A DNA stretch of 64,000 bases from Planctomycetota bacterium (lineage in GTDB: Bacteria > Planctomycetota > SZUA-567 > H5-PLA8), in NCBI GenBank assembly GCA_038227875.1, contig JBBRPR010000013.1:32001-96000 (forward strand). The letters are read 5' to 3'. Shown here in pieces: positions 58,996-64,000 of the stretch. Both the position numbers and the translations under genes were made by a program. Positions within the stretch are counted from its first letter, which is position 1; each line of letters begins with the position of its first letter. The notes under the pieces are model-generated. The model worked only from the letters and a program-made list of their open reading frames with translations, ran no database searches and had not been told where the DNA came from.

Positions 58996-60492
58996 TTAGT
59001 ACGTCTCGACTGAATTCATCACGTCACGCACGGTCGTTTGTCCGGTGAAAATTTTATCCATCCCGTCATCGAGAAGGAATTTCGCGCCGCGGCTTTTCAA
59101 TTCCGCGATGATCTGTTCTTCCGAAACACCGGTATTGATGCGTTCGGACAACGCAGCATCCGGCGCGACCAATTCGAACACGCCCAGCCGGCCGGCGTAT
59201 CCCCGGCCCGCGCAATACACGCAGCCGACGGGCTCGTACACCAGGCGGCCGGCAGCGTCGGGACGTTTCAGCGCGTTGGCTTCTGAAGGTGTCATTTCCC
59301 GGCCTTTGCGGCAGTGGCGGCAGAGCTTACGGACGAGACGCTGGGCCACACACAACCGCAACGTCGCGCCAATCAGGTACCTCGGCAGGCCCATGTCGGC
59401 CAAACGCGTCACGGCGCTCACGGCGCTATTGGTGTGCAGCGTGGAAAGCACCAGATGTCCCGTGAGGGACGCCTTGATGGCAATATCGAGTGTTTCGATG
59501 TCGCGGATTTCGCCGATCATGACCACATCCGGATCGTGACGCAGCACCGAACGCAGCGCTTTGGCGAAGCTGACTTTGTCGGCTGAGTCGACTTCGACCT
59601 GCGCCACGCCGGGGATGTCGTATTCGATCGGATCTTCGACGGTGATGATGTTCAACTCTTCCGAAGCGATCAGCTTCTGGAGCGCGGCGTAGAGTGTGGA
59701 AGTTTTGCCGCTGCCGGTCGGTCCGGTCAGCAACATCAGACCGTGCGGCTGACTTAAAATCCGTTCGACCACCTTGAGATCGTCGTCGCACATGCCCAGG
59801 TTGCTGAGCGTCAGCGATTCATTGTTAAGCCCCAGCAGACGCAGCGTCATCCGTTCGCCATATTTGGTCGGCAGCGTCGCGGCGCGAATGTCCAGTCGTC
59901 GCGCGTCCGCAGTGAAACCGGAGGAATGCGAAAAACCGCCGTCCTGCGGCGCTCGCTTTTCGGCGATGTCCATCCCGGACATCACCTTCAGACGGCTGAC
60001 CAGGCCGGCCTCGGCGCTCAGCGGCAGCTTCTGGTATTCTTCCAGTTTGCCGTCGACACGGAAGCAAACGCGCAAACATTCGCGTGACGGTTGGATGTGA
60101 ATATCCGAAGCCTTCGAGACCACCGCAGCGCGGATCAGATCGTTGGACAACGTCACTGCATCGTCGGCGGCGGGCAGGGCCTCTCCCGGCAACTGGAACG
60201 TACGCGACGATTGCCGCATGCCGTCACCGTAAATCCGGCGCAGAGCACGCTGAAGCGAATCGCGCTCCGCGACCGTCACGGTGATATTCTGACCCGTAAA
60301 CCGTTCGACAGCTTCCAGCGCCGCGACATCTCCGGTTTCCGCCACCGCCACGCAGACACTGCCGTCGATCGACGCGAACGGCAGCACTTGGCGGCGCAGC
60401 GCGAGACTGGCAGGAACGCGCAGCGCCCAGACCGGATCGATCGTTACGTCGTCCATGTTTAGCAATTCGGGTTCGGTATCCAGGTCGCTCAT
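58996..60492 (-). CDS. pilB: Assembly ATPase (PilB/GspE)
   Basis: ASDIHIQP, MDIAEKRAPQDG, GPTGSGKT, TVEDPIEY, LRHDPDVVMIGEIRD, tetracysteine CRHC...CVYC; ATGA overlap with pilT. Confidence 0.93.
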   Translation of the reverse strand: MSDLDTEPELLNMDDVTIDPVWALRVPASLALRRQVLPFASIDGSVCVAVAETGDVAALEAVERFTGQNITVTVAERDSLQRALRRIYGDGMRQSSRTFQLPGEALPAADDAVTLSNDLIRAAVVSKASDIHIQPSRECLRVCFRVDGKLEEYQKLPLSAEAGLVSRLKVMSGMDIAEKRAPQDGGFSHSSGFTADARRLDIRAATLPTKYGERMTLRLLGLNNESLTLSNLGMCDDDLKVVERILSQPHGLMLLTGPTGSGKTSTLYAALQKLIASEELNIITVEDPIEYDIPGVAQVEVDSADKVSFAKALRSVLRHDPDVVMIGEIRDIETLDIAIKASLTGHLVLSTLHTNSAVSAVTRLADMGLPRYLIGATLRLCVAQRLVRKLCRHCRKGREMTPSEANALKRPDAAGRLVYEPVGCVYCAGRGYAGRLGVFELVAPDAALSERINTGVSEEQIIAELKSRGAKFLLDDGMDKIFTGQTTVRDVMNSVETY

Positions 60493-61724
60493 CGCGCCCC
60501 CCCGTATGCCGTGGGTTGATTCAGCCGACTGCGCAGCAGCGCCACGCGATCGCGAAGTTGGCCAGGATTGCGCGCCGTCGCCACCGCCACTGCCTCGCTG
60601 ATCGCGCCGCGCACCCACAGCTTCGCCAGATCCGCTTCCAGCGTCTGCATGCCCGCCGACTGCCCAGTCTCCATCGACGAATAGACCTGCGAGCTTTTGG
60701 CTGACGCGATCAGGTTGGCGATGGCCGGCGTTACAAATAGCACTTCACTCGCCACCACCCGGCGCGGTCGAGCCGCGCTGCTGCTGACCAGCACGGCGCC
60801 TTCCACTGCGGGAACGCCATCGGACTTCTCGGAGTTCTCTTGCTCGGCCAGTGACGACGGCAGCAAATGCTGTGAGACAATCGCGCGCAGCGTCAGCGCC
60901 AACTGCCGTCGGATTCCGTCCTGTTCGTTGGCGGGAAACACAGAGACCAGGCGCTCAATCGAGCCGGCGCAATCGCCAGCATGCAGCGAGGCGAACACGA
61001 GATGCCCGGTCTCGGCCGCGGAAATCGCAGTGCGGATGGTGTCCAGATCGCGGATTTCGCCGACGAGCACGACGTCCGGATCCTGACGTAGCGCAGAGAC
61101 CAGCGCGTCGTTGAAACTCGGTGCGTCAATGCCGATCTGGCGCTGGTTGATGACGCTCTTGATCGGTTTGTGAATGTATTCCACCGGATCTTCAATGGTG
61201 ATGATGTGGCTGGCGCGCGAAGCGTTGATGCGGTCGATCAACGTCGCAATCGTTGTGCTCTTTCCCGAGCCTGTCGCGCCGCTGATGATCACCAATCCGT
61301 CGCGCAATTCGCACAGTCGGTAGAGGCTCTCGGGAAGCCCAAGTTCCGACAGCGGTTTAAATTCGTCCTCCAGTCGGCGCAGCACCAGCGCGACCTGATT
61401 CTGCCGGAGAAAAATGTTGAAGCGGAAGCGTGTGCCGTCAGATGCACTGACGGCGCCGTCGATGGCACCCTTCGCCACAATCGCCTCGTCCAGCGGCCGG
61501 GCCGTCGGCCCCTGCATGGCGATGACGGCTTCACCCAGCTGCCGCGTCTCGGATGCCGTCAACGTGGCTTCCGGCAGCGCGGTCAACTCGCCTTCAATTC
61601 GCAGGTACGGCGGCAATCCCGGCGTGAGATGCAAATCCGAAGCGCCGCGACGCACGCAGGCCAGCAGCAGCGCGCGAATGCGCTGCGAAAAGTCCTGCTT
61701 GCTCTGTGCTGCCGACTCACTCAT
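60489..61724 (-). CDS. pilT: Retraction ATPase (PilT/PilU family)
   Basis: ASDLHL..G.PP..R, GATGSGKSTT, TIEDPVEY.H, LRQDPDVVLVGEIRD, AAETGHLV, AIANLI, GMQT. Confidence 0.92.
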   Translation of the reverse strand: MSESAAQSKQDFSQRIRALLLACVRRGASDLHLTPGLPPYLRIEGELTALPEATLTASETRQLGEAVIAMQGPTARPLDEAIVAKGAIDGAVSASDGTRFRFNIFLRQNQVALVLRRLEDEFKPLSELGLPESLYRLCELRDGLVIISGATGSGKSTTIATLIDRINASRASHIITIEDPVEYIHKPIKSVINQRQIGIDAPSFNDALVSALRQDPDVVLVGEIRDLDTIRTAISAAETGHLVFASLHAGDCAGSIERLVSVFPANEQDGIRRQLALTLRAIVSQHLLPSSLAEQENSEKSDGVPAVEGAVLVSSSAARPRRVVASEVLFVTPAIANLIASAKSSQVYSSMETGQSAGMQTLEADLAKLWVRGAISEAVAVATARNPGQLRDRVALLRSRLNQPTAYGGAR

Positions 61725-61738
61725 CGTCGCATTTCCAA

Positions 61739-62329
61739 TTACATCCACACCGTCAGGGACCAGATCAGAAGGGATTCGTCGCCCTCGCTGGGTTCCATGT
61801 CCAGCGCCACGGGTACGATCATCTGGTCGACGGTCGAAAGATCTTTCAGCGCTCCGGTCATGCTGGTGTAGGTTCCGCTCACTTCCAGCACCCACAGCTT
61901 GGGCTGCGCGATGCCGTATTCCTTGATCAGCCTGTTGGACAATTCAGTGGCGTCCGCGGGCAAGCTCTGCCCCTTACCATTGGCGTCCGCGGCTTTGCTG
62001 CTCGACAGCGTCATTCCACGCTTGCTCAGAATTTCCGTGATCTTCTGAATCGCCAGTGGGCGATCGTGCGACGGCTTGGGTTCGAAAACGGCCGTGGGAG
62101 CTTTGGGTTTCGCGGCGTTGTCGCGCTCTCGCGTCAACTCCTCGACTTCCCGCTTGCGAGCGTACATTACTGACGCCGCTGGAATGCTTTCGCGACTGCG
62201 CGCCGCCTCTTCGCTCGCCGCGGAAAGCTGCTGGAAACCAGGTCGCGCGAACCAGAATACGTAGATCACGCCGGTTAGAATTCCTGGCAGCAAAGCTTTC
62301 AGCCACGCATCGCGTTCGGATGTGTTCAT
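61739..62329 (-). CDS. PilO/GspM-like bitopic membrane protein
   Basis: Single N-terminal TM, coiled coil, LEVSGTY..M...L..L ferredoxin-like tail; ATGA overlap with the upstream gene. Confidence 0.65.
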   Translation of the reverse strand: MNTSERDAWLKALLPGILTGVIYVFWFARPGFQQLSAASEEAARSRESIPAASVMYARKREVEELTRERDNAAKPKAPTAVFEPKPSHDRPLAIQKITEILSKRGMTLSSSKAADANGKGQSLPADATELSNRLIKEYGIAQPKLWVLEVSGTYTSMTGALKDLSTVDQMIVPVALDMEPSEGDESLLIWSLTVWM

Positions 62330-63741
62330 TCGTTGCTCCCCCCGACCGGGGTTGCCGCCAGATGTTTCGCTGGCTGTGTTGCTGTGTTCAGTTGCTTTTC
62401 CGAATGCTGAACCATCAGCACGAAATTCCACGGGCTGCCTTCCACCGGCTGTGCCTTCTGCTTGATCACGGGCACCACTTCCAGGTGCAGCGATTTCACA
62501 CGCTCCGACAGCCGCGACGCCAGTTCGTCGGCCTGAGCGGCGTCGAGCGAAAGTCCGCCCACCAGCACCCGGCCTCCCCCTTCGGATTTAATGGACTCGA
62601 TCACGACGTCATCAGGCCGGGCCGCAGACAGTTCCGTCAGCAGCGTAGCCAATCGCATCCGCTGCAGATCCATGTCCTGGCTAAGCGCCGTGTTGGCGTC
62701 GTCTTTTCTCTTCCGTTCGGCGATGAGTTTCACCGTCTCGGCTTTCAGTTCGTCGGCCTTCTTGTTGAGTGTCGTCACCTGATCGACGGAAGCCTTTGCT
62801 TCGACCGCGATCTTGCGTGCGTCGGCGATTTTTCCAGTGTTCGTAACGTAGTGAAAATAGCACCCGGCGATGACCACCAGTTCCAACAAAATCCCAGCTG
62901 CGGCCAGCGTCGCGGTGGACACCGGAAAGACTTTCGCCGAAACCAAAGGCACGCCGGCGTCCTGTGGCTTGACCAACGCCTGCGCCCACGCTGCAAGGAA
63001 ACGCTGAAGATCCTTTTCAGTCTCCAGCGAAAAAATGGTGCCTTGCGTCGCGTCCTTATTCGCGCCGGCCGGGCGGCCCAGGAGTGTTTCGGTGATGTCG
63101 CTGACCGCCGACAAGCGCCAGCTTGACGTCGAATTCGTCGCCCGGTTCGCGCCGCCGGCTCCCGCGCCGAAAATCTGGACGCGCGGCGATTTTCCGGTGC
63201 TGTCGGCGCTGATCGACACCTGCGACCAGATTTCCGACCGCCGATAGACTTTGGCGTCGGCCATCAGCGGAACCGGAACTCCGCCCGGATGGAGAATACC
63301 GCCCAGTTTTCCACCCGCCTTTTTAATCACGGCCTGAATGCGGTCGCGTTCGTACGCGGGGATAACCGTGGTCCAGAAATTCTGCCCCGCATTGGTTTTG
63401 CCCAACGGAGCGAAGCCGGCGACGGCGTCCAACGCGGGGATGCCCGCGAGCGGTTCGGCTTCGAAGGCGATGGCTCTCGCGAGCGCGTCGGCATCCAACC
63501 CCGCGATGGCCGAGGCGGGCAGCGAGAGCACGCTGGTCCAGAGGTCTTCGCAGAGCACGAACACTTTTCCGCCGCACCCGGTTCCCAGGTCCAGGGCCGC
63601 TTCGGTCAACTCCCCCAGCCCCATCCCCGGACGTCGAGGCGCTTCCGCAAACGCGACCAGCGTCTTCGGCGCGGACACGTTGAAGTCGGCGCGCGCGAAG
63701 CGGTCGGTTTTGATCAGGATGAGGGTGTGGGAGGTGGCCAT
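62326..63741 (-). CDS. GspL-like / PilM-PilN-like fusion protein
   Basis: Cytoplasmic N-domain (LP......L.RAI.FEAE), TM, coiled coil, and PilN-like LL.ELS...P.DV.IESI...V.G.S domain. Confidence 0.65.
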   Translation of the reverse strand: MATSHTLILIKTDRFARADFNVSAPKTLVAFAEAPRRPGMGLGELTEAALDLGTGCGGKVFVLCEDLWTSVLSLPASAIAGLDADALARAIAFEAEPLAGIPALDAVAGFAPLGKTNAGQNFWTTVIPAYERDRIQAVIKKAGGKLGGILHPGGVPVPLMADAKVYRRSEIWSQVSISADSTGKSPRVQIFGAGAGGANRATNSTSSWRLSAVSDITETLLGRPAGANKDATQGTIFSLETEKDLQRFLAAWAQALVKPQDAGVPLVSAKVFPVSTATLAAAGILLELVVIAGCYFHYVTNTGKIADARKIAVEAKASVDQVTTLNKKADELKAETVKLIAERKRKDDANTALSQDMDLQRMRLATLLTELSAARPDDVVIESIKSEGGGRVLVGGLSLDAAQADELASRLSERVKSLHLEVVPVIKQKAQPVEGSPWNFVLMVQHSEKQLNTATQPAKHLAATPVGGSNE

Positions 63742-63752
63742 GGGAGTCCTGT

Positions 63753-63998
63753 TCAGGGCACCGCGATCGAAATCGTACCCAATGGCACCGCACCGGCGGT
63801 GGCCTGAAATGAAATTGGAGTGCAGGACCCGACAATAGCTCCGCCACGCTCGACACGAACCCAGAGCACACGCGTACCGGCCGTCATATTCTTGTATTGC
63901 GATTGTGAAAGCGGTGGAATTGGCGCCGTCGAGGCTGCGGCAATGTTGTAGAGGTACTGCGCCGTCGGAATTGTGGGAGGAGACGTTTGTGTAGTGCC
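63753..63998 (-). CDS. 3' end of a CDS entering from outside the window (beta-rich, possibly secreted or pilin-associated)
   Basis: Open frame ...TRVLWVRVERGGAIVGSCTPISFQATAGAVPLGTISIAVP-stop, ending 11 bp before the GspL-like start. Confidence 0.55.
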   Translation of the reverse strand, partial: GTTQTSPPTIPTAQYLYNIAAASTAPIPPLSQSQYKNMTAGTRVLWVRVERGGAIVGSCTPISFQATAGAVPLGTISIAVP

Positions 63999-64000
63999 AT

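Overview
GC-rich bacterial chromosomal window, most likely from an uncultured Planctomycetota/PVC-type organism (inferred from a DUF1559-like prepilin protein, PVC-style giant minor pilins and an FHA-sigma54 activator). No rRNA, tRNA, CRISPR array or intact transposase was seen. In order it holds: a four-gene minor (pseudo)pilin cassette; a Zn-finger membrane protein; a DUF1559-like protein; an orphan DNA methyltransferase; a large secreted TPR-like protein; housekeeping genes (trxB, MBL hydrolase, pyrK, queD, sucC, tam, nadB); a surface-protein block (SGNH esterase with a Gly-Thr linker, a porin, a ~3645-aa DUF11/SdrD-B adhesin); three small orphan ORFs; a Ser/Thr kinase and FHA-GAF-sigma54 activator; a WecA-like plus O-antigen-ligase/TPR pair; two AraC-enzyme modules (GH2, PhyH); and a type IV pilus/T2SS-like operon that includes PilT. 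The best candidate for an undescribed system is a ~140-150 aa C-terminal domain shared by two otherwise unrelated secreted proteins (motif F-x-A-x-L-D-x-K-G, plus a Tyr-x-x-basic-basic motif near the terminus), which may be a lineage-specific sorting or secretion signal. Several REP/MITE-like intergenic palindrome families are also present. All family assignments come from motifs recognised by eye; no searches were run.
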